A stretch of DNA of 64,000 nt, from contig CAVRGW010000004.1 in NCBI GenBank assembly GCA_963720885.1, positions 137,661 through 201,660 of the forward strand, written 5' to 3'. Of this stretch, positions 1 through 9,795 are shown one piece after another. The translations under genes and the position numbers were made by a program. Every line of letters starts with the position of its first letter. Positions within the stretch are counted from its first letter, which is position 1. The DNA comes from an uncultured Actinomycetes bacterium. GTDB lineage: Bacteria; Actinomycetota; Thermoleophilia; Gaiellales; JAICJC01. The notes below the pieces were generated by a model. That model worked only from the letters and a program-made list of their open reading frames with translations. It did not search any database and was not told where the DNA came from.

Positions 1-1130
1 GCGGCCACCAGGCATGCCCGCTCGGCGCCGGCCAGCGCGTCGCGCACCTGCCACGGCTCGCCGCCGCGGGAGTCGATTCCGACCGCGCCGGCGCCGCGGC
101 GGACGAGGTCGCGGGCGATCGCCCACGGGTCGTCGTCGCCTCGCATCGCAACCAGCGCCGTGTCGCCGTCGACCAGCGCATCGACTCCCAGCCGTTCGAG
201 CTGCGCCAGCGACCCGCGCGCACGCACTGCCCACAGTGATGCGCGCGAGAGGTCGACGCCCACCGACCGCGCGCGGCGGACGACGTCGGACGCCGTCCCG
301 GCTCGACCCTCGGCGAGCCGCTGGAGCAGCCGCGCTCGCTCCGCCGACGGCTCCTCGTCGCCGGGCGGCTGCGCCGCCAGCGCCACCGACAGCAGGAACG
401 AGGCCTCGTCCACGGCCAGCGAGTCCAGCTCGTCGGCCATCCGCGCCAGCACGTGCAGCCGTGCGCCAGGGTTGACGGCTCGCGTCAGCAGCGGCGTGGG
501 CAGCCGCTGGCGCCGGCGATCGAGCGCGTCCATGAAAGCGACGTCGAGCCCGTCCTCGGGCGAGGCCGCAATCGGCGTGCGGTCGAACCGCTCGAGCAGC
601 ACCTGGGCGTTCAGCGCGTCGCCCAGTGCTGCCACCAGACCGGCCGGTCCGAGCCCCTCGCGTGCCGCTTCGCGGAGCTGCGCCTGCAGCGAGACGGCCC
701 GCCGCAGCGTGGCCAGCTCGCTCGCCACCAGCCGCTCCTGGACGACATGCGTGATGTCGACGAACCGCACCGGCGTGCCGAACACGAGCAGCGGCAGCTC
801 GTGCCGCTTGCAGGCCGCGGCCAGCGCGTCGACAGGGGCGTGGCTGGGCTCGAACCCGATCCCGGCGGCACCCGACCGGGCCGCACCTGCCACCAGCGCG
901 TCGACCTCGCCGGCCGGCATGCTCGCCAGGGCGATCCCGGTGGTCAGCAGGAACTCCCCGCCACGCAGCATCCCGGCGATCGCCGGCGTCTCGAACACGT
1001 GCACCCACTCGACGCGGTTCCCCAGCCGGTGGGGCGCGGCGGCCACGCTGACGTCGGCCTCGCGCACCGCCGGCAGCTCCAGGAGATCGCCCACCGTTAG
1101 GACAGAGTGTTCCGAAATAGTCGAGTTCAT
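1..1130 (-). CDS. PucR/CdaR-family transcriptional regulator, N-terminal ~376 codons (3' end lies beyond window start)
   Basis: Absent from the ORF track because no stop lies in the window. My translation from ATG (complement of 1128-1130) is uninterrupted to position 1: MNSTISEHSVLTVGDLLELPAVREADVSVAAAPHRLGNRVEWVHVFETPAIAGMLRGGEFLLTTGIAL... This matches the N-terminal domain typical of PucR-type regulators. The overlapping plus-strand ORFs (14..475, 160..1143, 453..1100) are R/S/A-rich artefacts. Confidence 0.7.
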   Translation of the reverse strand, partial: MNSTISEHSVLTVGDLLELPAVREADVSVAAAPHRLGNRVEWVHVFETPAIAGMLRGGEFLLTTGIALASMPAGEVDALVAGAARSGAAGIGFEPSHAPVDALAAACKRHELPLLVFGTPVRFVDITHVVQERLVASELATLRRAVSLQAQLREAAREGLGPAGLVAALGDALNAQVLLERFDRTPIAASPEDGLDVAFMDALDRRRQRLPTPLLTRAVNPGARLHVLARMADELDSLAVDEASFLLSVALAAQPPGDEEPSAERARLLQRLAEGRAGTASDVVRRARSVGVDLSRASLWAVRARGSLAQLERLGVDALVDGDTALVAMRGDDDPWAIARDLVRRGAGAVGIDSRGGEPWQVRDALAGAERACLVA

Positions 1131-1211
1131 GGACAGAGTGTAAGGGAGCGGGCCGCGGGCGGCTGGTGTTGACTACGTGGCGGGACCCCGCACTCCAAGG
1201 AGCTGATCGCC

Positions 1212-2729
1212 GTGCCGACCGAGACCACCACCGAGACCCGCCTGCTGGGCAACTACATCGGCGGCCGCTGGGTGCCGGCCGGCGCCGAGTCGTCCGCCCT
1301 GGATGTCACCAACCCGGCGACCGGTGAGGTGCTTGCGCGCGTGCCGCTCTCCGGCGCGGCCGACGTCGACGCCGCGGTCGCCGCCGCCCGCGAGGCGTTC
1401 CCCGGGTGGCGCAGCCGCTCGACGATCGAACGCGCGCGCTGGCTGTTCCGCTTCCGCCAGGTGATGGAGGCGCACCAGGACGAGCTGGCGCGGTCGGTGA
1501 CCCGCGAGATGGGCAAGACGCTGCCGGACGCCCGCGCCGAGGTCGGCCGTGCGATCGAGATGATCGAGGCCGCATCGGCCGTTCCGCAGACGATGCAGGG
1601 CCGAATTCTCGAGAACGTCGCGACGGCGGTGGACACCGAAACGATCCGCCAGCCCGTCGGCGTCTGCGCTGCGATCGTCCCGTTCAACTTCCCGGCGATG
1701 GTGCCCTTCTGGTTCCTGCCGTTCGCGATCGCGTGCGGCAACACGTTCATCCTCAAGCCGTCCGAGCAGGTGCCACTCACGCAGGAGCTGGTCTTCAACC
1801 TGATCGACGACACCGGGGGACTGCCGGATGGCGTCGTCAACCTGGTCAACGGCTCGGTCGACGTGGTCAACGGCATCCTCGACCATCCGGGCATCGATGC
1901 CGTCTCGTTCGTCGGCTCCGCCAAGGTGGCGAAGTACGTGTACGAGCGCTCGGCCGCCGCCGGCAAGCGCGTTCAGGCGCTGGGCGGCGCGAAGAACTTC
2001 ATGGTTGTGATGCCGGACGCGGTCATCGACCGCACCGTCTCGAACATCCTGGGCAGCGCGTTCGGCGCGGCCGGCCAGCGCTGCATGGCCGGGTCGGTGG
2101 TCGTCGCAGTCGGCGACGCGAAGGGGCCGCTGCTCGAGCAGCTGAAGGCGCGCACCGAGGCGCTGGCGGTGGGCGACGGGCTGGCCGACGGCACCGACGT
2201 CGGCCCGGTGGTCTCGGCCGCGTCGCGCGACCGGATCCTGGGGTGGATCGACCGCGGGCTGGAGGAGGGCGCGACGATGGTCGTCGACGGCCGCTCGCCG
2301 GCTGCGGATCCCGACGGCGCTTTCGTCGGGCCGACCATCCTGGCCGACGTCACCGCGGACATGGAGATCGCCCAGGAGGAGATCTTCGGCCCGGTGCTGT
2401 CGGTGATCCACGCCGACTCGCTGGACGAGGCGATCGACATCGTCAACGCCAGCCGTTACGGCAACGGGACGTCGATCTTCACGGAGTCGGGCGCGGCCGT
2501 CCGCCGCTACCGGCACGACGTCGAGGTCGGCATGATCGGCGTCAACATCGGCGTCGCCGCTCCGGTCGCCTTCTTCCCGTTCTCCGGGTGGAAGGGCTCG
2601 TTCTTCGGCGACCTCCACGCGCACGGCACCGACGCCGTCGAGTTCTACACGCGCAAGAAGACCGTCACGACGCGCTGGTTCTCGGGCGGCGAGACCGGCC
2701 GCTTCTTCGTCGAGCACGGCGAGCGGTAG
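1212..2729 (+). CDS. mmsA: CoA-acylating methylmalonate/malonate-semialdehyde dehydrogenase
   Basis: 505 aa aldehyde dehydrogenase. LLGNYIGGRWV start, FNFPAMVPFWFLPFAIACGNTFILKPSE, GQRCMA catalytic Cys region and the C-terminal FFPFSGWKGSFFGDLHAHG motif are typical of MmsA/IolA. GTG start. Confidence 0.9.
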   Translation: MPTETTTETRLLGNYIGGRWVPAGAESSALDVTNPATGEVLARVPLSGAADVDAAVAAAREAFPGWRSRSTIERARWLFRFRQVMEAHQDELARSVTREMGKTLPDARAEVGRAIEMIEAASAVPQTMQGRILENVATAVDTETIRQPVGVCAAIVPFNFPAMVPFWFLPFAIACGNTFILKPSEQVPLTQELVFNLIDDTGGLPDGVVNLVNGSVDVVNGILDHPGIDAVSFVGSAKVAKYVYERSAAAGKRVQALGGAKNFMVVMPDAVIDRTVSNILGSAFGAAGQRCMAGSVVVAVGDAKGPLLEQLKARTEALAVGDGLADGTDVGPVVSAASRDRILGWIDRGLEEGATMVVDGRSPAADPDGAFVGPTILADVTADMEIAQEEIFGPVLSVIHADSLDEAIDIVNASRYGNGTSIFTESGAAVRRYRHDVEVGMIGVNIGVAAPVAFFPFSGWKGSFFGDLHAHGTDAVEFYTRKKTVTTRWFSGGETGRFFVEHGER

Positions 2730-2737
2730 CGCGCATG

Positions 2738-3205
2738 TCAGGCCGCCTCGCCGCCGCCGGGTGTCGTCCGGTAGCTCTCCTTGAGCACGGACAGGTAGCC
2801 GAACGACTCGCTCGTCCGCACCCCCGGCACGGCGGCCAGGTTGACCTGCATGAACTCGAGCAGATGCTTGTTGTCAGTGCACACGACCTCGACCAGGTAG
2901 TCGTAGCGGCCGGTGCACGCGATCAGGTAGGTGACCTCGTCGAGCTCGGCCAGCGCCTCGCCGGCGGCCTCCAGGTCGGCCAGCTCGACGGTCAGCCCGA
3001 GCAGGCACACGACTTCGAAGCCGAGCTTGAGCGGGTTGGTGACCGCCGTGATCTCCATGACGCCGTCGGCGACCAGGCGGGCCACGCGCTGCCTGACCGA
3101 CGCCTCCGAGACGCCGAGGTCGGCGGCGATCCGGACATAGGGCCGCCGGCCGTCGGCGACCAGCGCGTCGACGATGCGGAGGTCGAGCTGGTCGGGCATG
3201 GTCAT
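2738..3205 (-). CDS. Lrp/AsnC-family transcriptional regulator
   Basis: Track ORF 2738..3529 trimmed to the internal in-frame ATG at 3205. MTMPDQLDLRIVDALVADGRRPYVRIAADLGVSEASVRQRVARLVADGVMEI is an AsnC-type HTH followed by a RAM-like domain. The upstream 108 codons are R/H-rich and overlap the next gene. Confidence 0.85.
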   Translation of the reverse strand: MTMPDQLDLRIVDALVADGRRPYVRIAADLGVSEASVRQRVARLVADGVMEITAVTNPLKLGFEVVCLLGLTVELADLEAAGEALAELDEVTYLIACTGRYDYLVEVVCTDNKHLLEFMQVNLAAVPGVRTSESFGYLSVLKESYRTTPGGGEAA

Positions 3206-3286
3206 ACGATATTCGCAGAAAGATGCAAAGTCAAAACGAATTGCGTAGAATGGATCCTCGACCGTCGCACCGGCCCTGGAGCGTGA
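3206..3286. promoter_or_regulatory. Divergent promoter region between the Lrp regulator and the acyl-CoA synthetase operon; locally AT-rich
   Basis: atattcgcagaaagatgcaaagtcaaaacgaattgcgtagaatgg stands out in a GC-rich genome. TAGAAT (3246-3251) is a plausible -10 box 36 nt before the ATG at 3287. ATTCG...CGAAT inverted repeat. Lrp-type regulators bind AT-rich sites. Confidence 0.3.
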
Positions 3287-5329
3287 ATGGCAACCATCGA
3301 TCGACCACTGCTGAGCACTGATCTGGACGGGATCTTCCGGCCGTCCTCGGTTGCGATCTACGGCATATCGGACCGGACTTCCCTGCGAATTGCGGAGAAC
3401 ATGACGGTGGCCGGCGTGCCCTTCTACGGGATCAACCCGACCCGCGAGGAGGCGTGCGGGATCCGCTGCTATCCGTCGATCGGCGACTGCCCGGCGGTGC
3501 CGGAGATGGTCGTGATGGGCGTCGGCCACGGCCGCATCGAGGACGCGATCGGCGACGTCCTGTCGATCGGCGGCGTGCGGGCGATCATCACCCCCGGCCT
3601 CGGCAACGAGGCGGGCGCCGAGGGGCCGCCGGTGTCGGCCCGGGTCTCGGAGCGGGTGCGCGACGCCGGCATCGCCATGATCGGGCCGAACTGCATGGGC
3701 GTGGCCACGCCGGGCGCGCCGTCACCGTGGATCGGGACGCTGACCGAGCACTTCACCGGCGGCCCGGTCGCGACGCTGGCGCACTCCGGCTCGATCGGCG
3801 AGATCCTGGTCTCGCTCGGCCCGCGGATCGGTTTCCGCACCGTCGTCTCCGCAGGAAACGAGACCGTCACCGACGTCGCCGACATGACGGCGTACTTCGC
3901 AGAGGATCCGCAATGCCGCGTGGTCGGCCTGTTCCTGGAGACCGTGCGCCGGCCGGCGGCGTTCGAGGAGGCGCTGCGGCGGATCGCCGAGGCCGGCAAG
4001 GTCGCCGTCGTGCTCAAGGTCGGCACGTCCGAGATGGGCGCCCGGGCGGCGCTCGCGCACACCGGCGCGCTGGTCGGATCCGACCGGTCGTTCTCGGCGA
4101 TGCTGCGGTACTACAACGCCATCCGCTGCGACGACTTCGGCACCTGGCTGGAGCACCTCGAGGTGTTCTCGCGAGCCACGCCGCCCCGCGGCCGGCGGAT
4201 CGGCGCCGTCACCAACTCGGGCGGCGAGGGCGAGTACTTCGCCGACAAGGCCGAGCAGGCGGGGATCCCGCTGCAGCCGCTGTCGGACGAGCTGTCCGCC
4301 AGGATCAAGCAGGAGTTCCCGAACTTCACCGACGTCGGCAACCCGGCCGACTGCTGGGCGATCGACGACGACCGCGTCGTCTTCCCGCGCGTCTTTCAGC
4401 TGATGGCCGAGTCCGGAGAGTTCGACGTGCTGGTGTCGGACATCGACCACTCGAACTGGCTGGTCGCGGGCGAGCGGCAGCTGGCGCAGAACATCGCCGA
4501 CGACCTCCGCGCCGCCTGCGACGGCACCGACCTGTTCCCGTGTGTGATCACCGTGACCACGGCCTGCCCGCCGGTCGAGGACCTGCGCTGGGCACGTGAG
4601 CACGACATCCCGATGCTCAAGGGGTCGCTGCCCGGGCTGCGCGCCCTGGCCTCGCGGCTGAACCACCGGCGGCGGGTGCCGCCGGCACGCGACGTCCAGC
4701 AGGCGGAGCCGCTGGCGGGCGCCGGCGCGCTGGCCGAGCTGGACTCGGCCGGGATCGCAGCCTCCTACGGCGTGCCCTACGTGCGGGCGGAGCGCTGCGA
4801 CACCGCGGACGGCGCGGTGGCCGCCGCCGAGCGGATCGGGTACCCGGTCGTCGTCAAGATCGACAACGTGGCCCACAAGGCCCGCGTCGGCGGCGTCGCG
4901 CTCAACCTGCTGGACGCCTCGCAGGTGCGGGACGCGGCCGAGCGGATGGGCGGCGCGGTGATCGTCGCCGAGCAGGTCGCCGGTGGCGTCGAGGTGCTGG
5001 TCGGCATGGTGCGAGATTCGGACTACGGGCCGACCGTGGTGGTCGGCATCGGCGGAGCGCTCGCCGAGGCGCTCGACCTGGTCACCGCCAGCCTCGCCCC
5101 GCTCGACCGCGACGGTGCCCGCGAGCTGGTGGCCGGCCTGCCGGCGCTGACCAAGCTGCTCGGGGGCGAGGCGCCGGACGGTCTGATCGATGCGATCGTC
5201 GCCGTGTCCGCGCTGGCCGCGGAGCATCCCGAGATCGAGGAGATCGACGTCAACCCCCTGCTGGTGTCACCCGAGCGTGCCGTCGCGCTCGACTGCCTGA
5301 TCGTCCTGAAGGGAAGTGAGAGCCGATGA
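3287..5329 (+). CDS. NDP-forming acyl-CoA synthetase (fused CoA-binding/ligase-CoA and ATP-grasp domains)
   Basis: 680 aa. N-terminal CoA-binding fold (VAIYGIS..., MIGPNCMG), a succinyl-CoA-synthetase-like middle region, and a C-terminal ATP-grasp (GYPVVVKIDNVAHKARVGGV...EIDVNPL). Confidence 0.85.
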   Translation: MATIDRPLLSTDLDGIFRPSSVAIYGISDRTSLRIAENMTVAGVPFYGINPTREEACGIRCYPSIGDCPAVPEMVVMGVGHGRIEDAIGDVLSIGGVRAIITPGLGNEAGAEGPPVSARVSERVRDAGIAMIGPNCMGVATPGAPSPWIGTLTEHFTGGPVATLAHSGSIGEILVSLGPRIGFRTVVSAGNETVTDVADMTAYFAEDPQCRVVGLFLETVRRPAAFEEALRRIAEAGKVAVVLKVGTSEMGARAALAHTGALVGSDRSFSAMLRYYNAIRCDDFGTWLEHLEVFSRATPPRGRRIGAVTNSGGEGEYFADKAEQAGIPLQPLSDELSARIKQEFPNFTDVGNPADCWAIDDDRVVFPRVFQLMAESGEFDVLVSDIDHSNWLVAGERQLAQNIADDLRAACDGTDLFPCVITVTTACPPVEDLRWAREHDIPMLKGSLPGLRALASRLNHRRRVPPARDVQQAEPLAGAGALAELDSAGIAASYGVPYVRAERCDTADGAVAAAERIGYPVVVKIDNVAHKARVGGVALNLLDASQVRDAAERMGGAVIVAEQVAGGVEVLVGMVRDSDYGPTVVVGIGGALAEALDLVTASLAPLDRDGARELVAGLPALTKLLGGEAPDGLIDAIVAVSALAAEHPEIEEIDVNPLLVSPERAVALDCLIVLKGSESR

Positions 5330-6153
5330 GCGAGGCCGTCCTCTACGAGACGCGCGGCCCGGCCGCGTGGATCACGCTGAACCGGCCGGAGAAGCTGAAC
5401 GCGATCAACCACGACGTGCTCGATGGCCTGAACTCGGCGTTCGACCGTGCGATCGCCGACGACGAGGTGAAGGTGGTGGTGGTGACCGGCGCCGGCGAGC
5501 GGGCGTTCTCGGCGGGCTACGACCTGTCGGCCGAGGCAGCGCACGCCGATATCCCGGCACACGAGTGGCACGGCGTGCTGGCGACCGACATCGACGCCAC
5601 GATGCGGCTCTGGTCGCTGCCCAAGCCGACGATCGCCGCCGTCCGCGGCTACTGCCTGGCCGGGGGCTGCGAGCTGGCGATGGCCTGCGACATCATCGTC
5701 AGCGGCGAGAGCGGGCGCTTCGGCGAGCCCGAGATCCGCTACGGCTCCGGGCCGGTGACGCTGCTGATGCCGTTCATCCTCGGCCAGAAGAAGACGAACG
5801 AGCTGCTGTTCACGGGAGACATGATCGACGCCGAGGCAGCGGAGCGCGCGGGCATGATCAACCGCGTGGTCGCGGACGGCGAGATCGACGCAGCCGTCGA
5901 GGAGCTGGTGCGCAAGATCGCGCCGACGCCGCTGCCCGTGCTGCGGCTCACCAAGATCGCGCTCGTCCGGGCGTACGAGGCCATGGGTCTGCGCGAAGCT
6001 GTCAATATGAACCTTGATCTGTCCTCCATGCTGAACGCGGCCGACACGCCCGAGCAGCGGGAGTTCATGTCGATCGTCCAGAGCCAGGGCCTGAAGGCGG
6101 CCCTCGCCTGGCGTGACTCTCGCTACGGCGAGGTACTGGGAGGAGTGAGCTGA
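5326..6153 (+). CDS. Enoyl-CoA hydratase/isomerase (crotonase) family protein
   Basis: 275 aa. ITLNRPEKLNAI, VVVVTGAGERAFSAGYDL, KPTIAAVRGYCLAGGCELAMACD and GEPEIRYG are crotonase-fold motifs. ATGA overlap with the upstream gene. Confidence 0.85.
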   Translation: MSEAVLYETRGPAAWITLNRPEKLNAINHDVLDGLNSAFDRAIADDEVKVVVVTGAGERAFSAGYDLSAEAAHADIPAHEWHGVLATDIDATMRLWSLPKPTIAAVRGYCLAGGCELAMACDIIVSGESGRFGEPEIRYGSGPVTLLMPFILGQKKTNELLFTGDMIDAEAAERAGMINRVVADGEIDAAVEELVRKIAPTPLPVLRLTKIALVRAYEAMGLREAVNMNLDLSSMLNAADTPEQREFMSIVQSQGLKAALAWRDSRYGEVLGGVS

Positions 6154-7523
6154 TGTCCACGACCAGCACCATCGATTCCACCAAGCTTGCGAAGCTGATC
6201 GAGACCGAGGAGGCGATCTTCAACGACCGCCACCACAAGTCGCGCGAGATGACCGAGCGGGCGCGGAAGTCGCTGGCCGGCGGCGTCGCGTCCAGCTGGC
6301 AGGCGACCGACCCGCACCCGATCTACCTGGCCGAGGGCCACGGGTCGAAGGTCGTCGACGTCGACGGCAACGAGTACGTCGACTTCCACAACGGCTACGG
6401 GGCGATGGCCGTCGGCCATGCGCATCCCAAGATCGTGGCGGCTGTGTCCGACCGCGTCGGACGGGGCACGCACTTCGCCCAGCCGACGGAGGAGTCGATC
6501 GTCGCGGCCGAGCACCTGCAGGGCCGCTTCGGCCTGCCGCTGTGGCGGTTCGGCAACTCGGGCACGGAGGAGACGCTCGACGCCGTGCGCCTGATGCGCG
6601 CCTACACCGGCCGCGATGTGCTGCTCAAGATCGAGGGCAGCTACCACGGCCATCACGACGCCGTGATGGTGTCGGTGGCGCCCCCCGGCGACAAGATCGG
6701 CGACTACGACCATCCGGTCTCGGTGCCGCAGACCCTGGGCCTGCCGGCCGACTTCGTCAACCTGACGAAGGTCGTGCCGTTCAACGACCTGGACGCCCTC
6801 GAGCGCACGCTGGAGGAGAACAAGGGCCGGGTCGCCGGGATGATCGTCGAGCCGTGCATGATGAACGCCGGCATCGTCACGCCGGACGACGGCTACCTGC
6901 AGGGCGTCAAGGACCTGCTGCACGCGCACGGCGCGCTGCTGACCTTCGACGAGGTGAAGACCGGCGCCACCATCCACTACGGCGGCGCGACCAAGCGCTT
7001 CGGCGTCACCCCCGACCTGCTGTGCCTGGCGAAGTCGGTCGGCGGCGGACTGCCGTGCGGCGCGATCGGCGGCTCCGAGGAGGTCATGGGCTGGATCGCC
7101 GAGGGCAAGATCGACCAGGTCGGCACCTTCAACGGCAACCCGCTGACGATGGCGGCCATGGTGGCGACGCTGACCGAGATCCTCACGCCCGACGCCTACA
7201 CCGAGTTCGACCGGCTGGGCGAGATCCTGCGCGAGGGGTGCGACGGCGTGATCGCGCACACCGGCATCGCCGGCTACACGACGGTGCTCTCCGGGCGCGG
7301 AGCGGTCACGTACCGCGGCGAGCGCGTCCGCAACTACCGCGAGTACCTCGAGGTGTCGGACGAGCTGGCGTATGTCAACTGGCTCGTGCAGTTCAACCGC
7401 GGCGTGTTCATGGCGCCGTGGGGCAAGAGCGAGAACTGGACGCTCTCCGTGCAGCACAGCGAGGATGACGTCCGGCGCTACGTCGACAACTTCGAGTATC
7501 TCGGAAAGGCTCTCACCGCATGA
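6153..7523 (+). CDS. Class-III PLP aminotransferase, glutamate-1-semialdehyde-aminomutase-like
   Basis: 456 aa. GSYHGHHD, FDEVKTG and CLAKSVGGGLPCGAIGG (PLP-lysine region). Start overlaps the upstream stop (TGATG). Confidence 0.85.
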   Translation: MSTTSTIDSTKLAKLIETEEAIFNDRHHKSREMTERARKSLAGGVASSWQATDPHPIYLAEGHGSKVVDVDGNEYVDFHNGYGAMAVGHAHPKIVAAVSDRVGRGTHFAQPTEESIVAAEHLQGRFGLPLWRFGNSGTEETLDAVRLMRAYTGRDVLLKIEGSYHGHHDAVMVSVAPPGDKIGDYDHPVSVPQTLGLPADFVNLTKVVPFNDLDALERTLEENKGRVAGMIVEPCMMNAGIVTPDDGYLQGVKDLLHAHGALLTFDEVKTGATIHYGGATKRFGVTPDLLCLAKSVGGGLPCGAIGGSEEVMGWIAEGKIDQVGTFNGNPLTMAAMVATLTEILTPDAYTEFDRLGEILREGCDGVIAHTGIAGYTTVLSGRGAVTYRGERVRNYREYLEVSDELAYVNWLVQFNRGVFMAPWGKSENWTLSVQHSEDDVRRYVDNFEYLGKALTA

Positions 7524-8578
7524 AAGCAGTCGTCTTCGAGGAGCACGGCGGGCCGGAGGTGCTGAGCTACACGGACATCCCCGAGCCCGAGCCGGCACCC
7601 CATGAGGTGCTGATCGAGGTCAAGGCCGCCGGCGCCAACTTCAACGACATCTGGGCTCGCCGCGGCATGCCCGGCATGAAGGTGATAATGCCGCATGTCG
7701 CCGGGTCCGACGTGTCGGGCGTCGTGCGGGCGATCGGCTCGGAGGTCTCGGGTACGGGCTTCGGCTCGTCGCCGGTGCAGGTGGGCGACGAGGTCGTCGT
7801 CCATCCCGGCCTGTCCTGCCGGACGTGCGACATGTGTGTCTCCGGACAGGAGTTCTTCTGCCGGCAGTTCCGGATCTGGGGCTTCCAGACCGGGCCCAAC
7901 GACGGCGGACACTCCGAGTACGTGACGATGCCGGCGGTCAACGTCCTCCCCAAGCCGGCCAACCTGACCCACGAGGAGGCGGCGTCGATGCCGCTGGTGC
8001 TGGAGACGGCGTGGCGCATGCTCGTCTCCCGCGCGCGGATCCAGCCCGGCGAGAACGTCCTCATCTGGGGCGGCGTCGGCGGGCTGGGCGTGATGGCGAT
8101 GCAGATCTGCCGGCTGTTCGGCGCCAACCCGATCCCCGTGGTCGGCGGCCCGGAGAAGGTGGCGAAGGCCGAGGAGCTGGGCGCCGTCAACGTGATCGAC
8201 CGCAAGTCCCAGGACGTTGCCGCCGAGGTCAAGGCGATCACCAACAGGGTCGGCGTCGACGTGGTCTTCGAGCACTCCGGCGAGGAGACCTGGCCGACGT
8301 CGGTGGCCGCGCTGCGCTGGGGCGGCCGGGTCGTCGTCTGCGGGGCGTCGACGGGGTTCAACGCCGTCACCGACCTGCGGTTCCTGTGGAACAAGCAGCA
8401 GAACCTGCTGGGCAGCCACCTCTCCAACAAGGCCGAGCTGTCGGCCGCCCTGAAGGCGGTCGAGGCCGGCGCGATCAAGCCGGTGATCGACACGGTGCTG
8501 CCCCTGAGCGACGTCGCCAGCGGACAGCAGCTGATGGAGGACCTGAAGGTCCAGGGGAAGATCGTCTACGTGCCGTAG
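7520..8578 (+). CDS. Zinc-type medium-chain dehydrogenase/reductase (alcohol dehydrogenase superfamily)
   Basis: 352 aa. GSDVSG catalytic-Zn region, structural-Zn cysteines CRTCDMCVSGQEFFC, and Rossmann motif IWGGVGGLG. Confidence 0.85.
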   Translation: MKAVVFEEHGGPEVLSYTDIPEPEPAPHEVLIEVKAAGANFNDIWARRGMPGMKVIMPHVAGSDVSGVVRAIGSEVSGTGFGSSPVQVGDEVVVHPGLSCRTCDMCVSGQEFFCRQFRIWGFQTGPNDGGHSEYVTMPAVNVLPKPANLTHEEAASMPLVLETAWRMLVSRARIQPGENVLIWGGVGGLGVMAMQICRLFGANPIPVVGGPEKVAKAEELGAVNVIDRKSQDVAAEVKAITNRVGVDVVFEHSGEETWPTSVAALRWGGRVVVCGASTGFNAVTDLRFLWNKQQNLLGSHLSNKAELSAALKAVEAGAIKPVIDTVLPLSDVASGQQLMEDLKVQGKIVYVP

Positions 8579-8584
8579 GGCCCG

Positions 8585-9379
8585 ATGCGCGTCGCGGTGA
8601 TCGGCCACATCGAGTGGACGACCCACGGCCGGGCGCCGTTCATCCCGGCGCCCGGCCAGATCGTCCACCTGACCGATCCGCTCGAGGAGCCGGCCGGTGG
8701 CGGCGCCGTGTCGGCGGTCGGGCTGGCACGGATGGGCGCCGAGACCAGCTTCTACACGGCGCTCGGCAGCGACGGCCGGTCGGCGCCGATCCTGGAGAGC
8801 ATGGGGGTGACCGTGCAGGGCGCGCCGCGCGACGCGCACCAGACCAGGGCGGTGACCATGACCGACCCGGCGGGCGAGCGCACGATCGTCGTCACCGGCC
8901 CCAACCTGCACCCGGACGCCGACGACCCGCTCCCCTGGGACCGGCTCGCGGATGTCGACGGCGTGTACTTCACCGGGCTCGACCCGCGCACGCTCGAGCT
9001 GGCTCGTGCGGCGCCGGTGCTGGTCGTCACCGCCCGGCGGTTCGAAAGCCTCGTCGAGAGTCGCGTGCGCGCGGATGTGCTGATCGGCAGCCGTACCGAC
9101 CCGGGCGAGCAGTTCGACCTGTCGCGGCTGGCCGTGCAACCCGATCACGTCGTGGTCACGGACGGCCGCCGCGGCGGCACCGGGTACACGCCCGTCGAGC
9201 CGCCCGGGCCGGTCGTCGACACCTACGGCGCCGGAGACACCTTCGCGGCGGGCGTCACGTTCGGGCTGGCGGCCGGGCGGCCGCTCGAACAGGCGCTGCA
9301 GTTCGGGGCGGAGCAGGCCGCCAAGGTGGTCACCTGGAGGGGCGCGTACCCCCGCCGCGACGGGGAGTCCGACTGGTAG
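8585..9379 (+). CDS. PfkB-family (ribokinase-like) kinase
   Basis: 264 aa with the C-terminal TYGAGDTFAAG anion-hole/catalytic motif of PfkB kinases. Substrate not inferable. Confidence 0.8.
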   Translation: MRVAVIGHIEWTTHGRAPFIPAPGQIVHLTDPLEEPAGGGAVSAVGLARMGAETSFYTALGSDGRSAPILESMGVTVQGAPRDAHQTRAVTMTDPAGERTIVVTGPNLHPDADDPLPWDRLADVDGVYFTGLDPRTLELARAAPVLVVTARRFESLVESRVRADVLIGSRTDPGEQFDLSRLAVQPDHVVVTDGRRGGTGYTPVEPPGPVVDTYGAGDTFAAGVTFGLAAGRPLEQALQFGAEQAAKVVTWRGAYPRRDGESDW

Positions 9380-9795
9380 TGTTCCCGCCCGTGAAGCGTG
9401 TCCTGACAGCCCTCGCGGCCGTGCTTGCGATGGCCGTCCTGGCGTCGGGATGCGGCGGCGGGACCGGGGTCGCAAGCCCCTCGGACGTCGATCTGGCGAA
9501 CGGCCAGAAGAAGTTCCAGGTGACGTGCGGCGGGTGCCATACGCTGGCGGCCGCCGGGTCGAAGGGGACGATCGGCCCGAATCTCGACGCCGCGTACCAG
9601 CAGCCGGCGGACGAGGGCTTCGACCGCACCTCGTTCGAGGCGCTGGTGCGCCAGCAGATCGAGCTGGGGGCGACGGACTCGCAGCCCGCGATGCCCGCCG
9701 AGCTGCTGACCGGGAAGGACGCTGACGACGTCGCGGCGTACGTCGCGGCGGCCGCCTGCAACCCCTGCCCGGACGAGCTCACCACCGGCGGTTGA
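9379..9795 (+). CDS. Class-I c-type cytochrome, probable lipoprotein
   Basis: C-terminal part of artefactual ORF 7825..9795. Lipoprotein-type signal KRVLTALAAVLAMAVLASGC, haem-binding CGGCH, and distal Met in QPAMPAELL. GTG at 9379 overlaps the PfkB stop. GTG at 9391 is an alternative start. Confidence 0.75.
   Translation: MFPPVKRVLTALAAVLAMAVLASGCGGGTGVASPSDVDLANGQKKFQVTCGGCHTLAAAGSKGTIGPNLDAAYQQPADEGFDRTSFEALVRQQIELGATDSQPAMPAELLTGKDADDVAAYVAAAACNPCPDELTTGG

Noticed and set aside
2738-3529. N-terminally extended versions of real genes as given in the ORF track (2738..3529, 13750..15474, 7825..9795, 24909..27350, 28079..29698, 32988..34376, 35834..36856, 43411..44091, 45691..46344, 46178..47002, 46474..48393, 57354..58625)
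   Set aside because: The extensions overlap the upstream gene in another frame and are R/P/G-rich. Internal starts with RBS-like sequences or stop-start overlaps give proteins that begin where the family normally begins.
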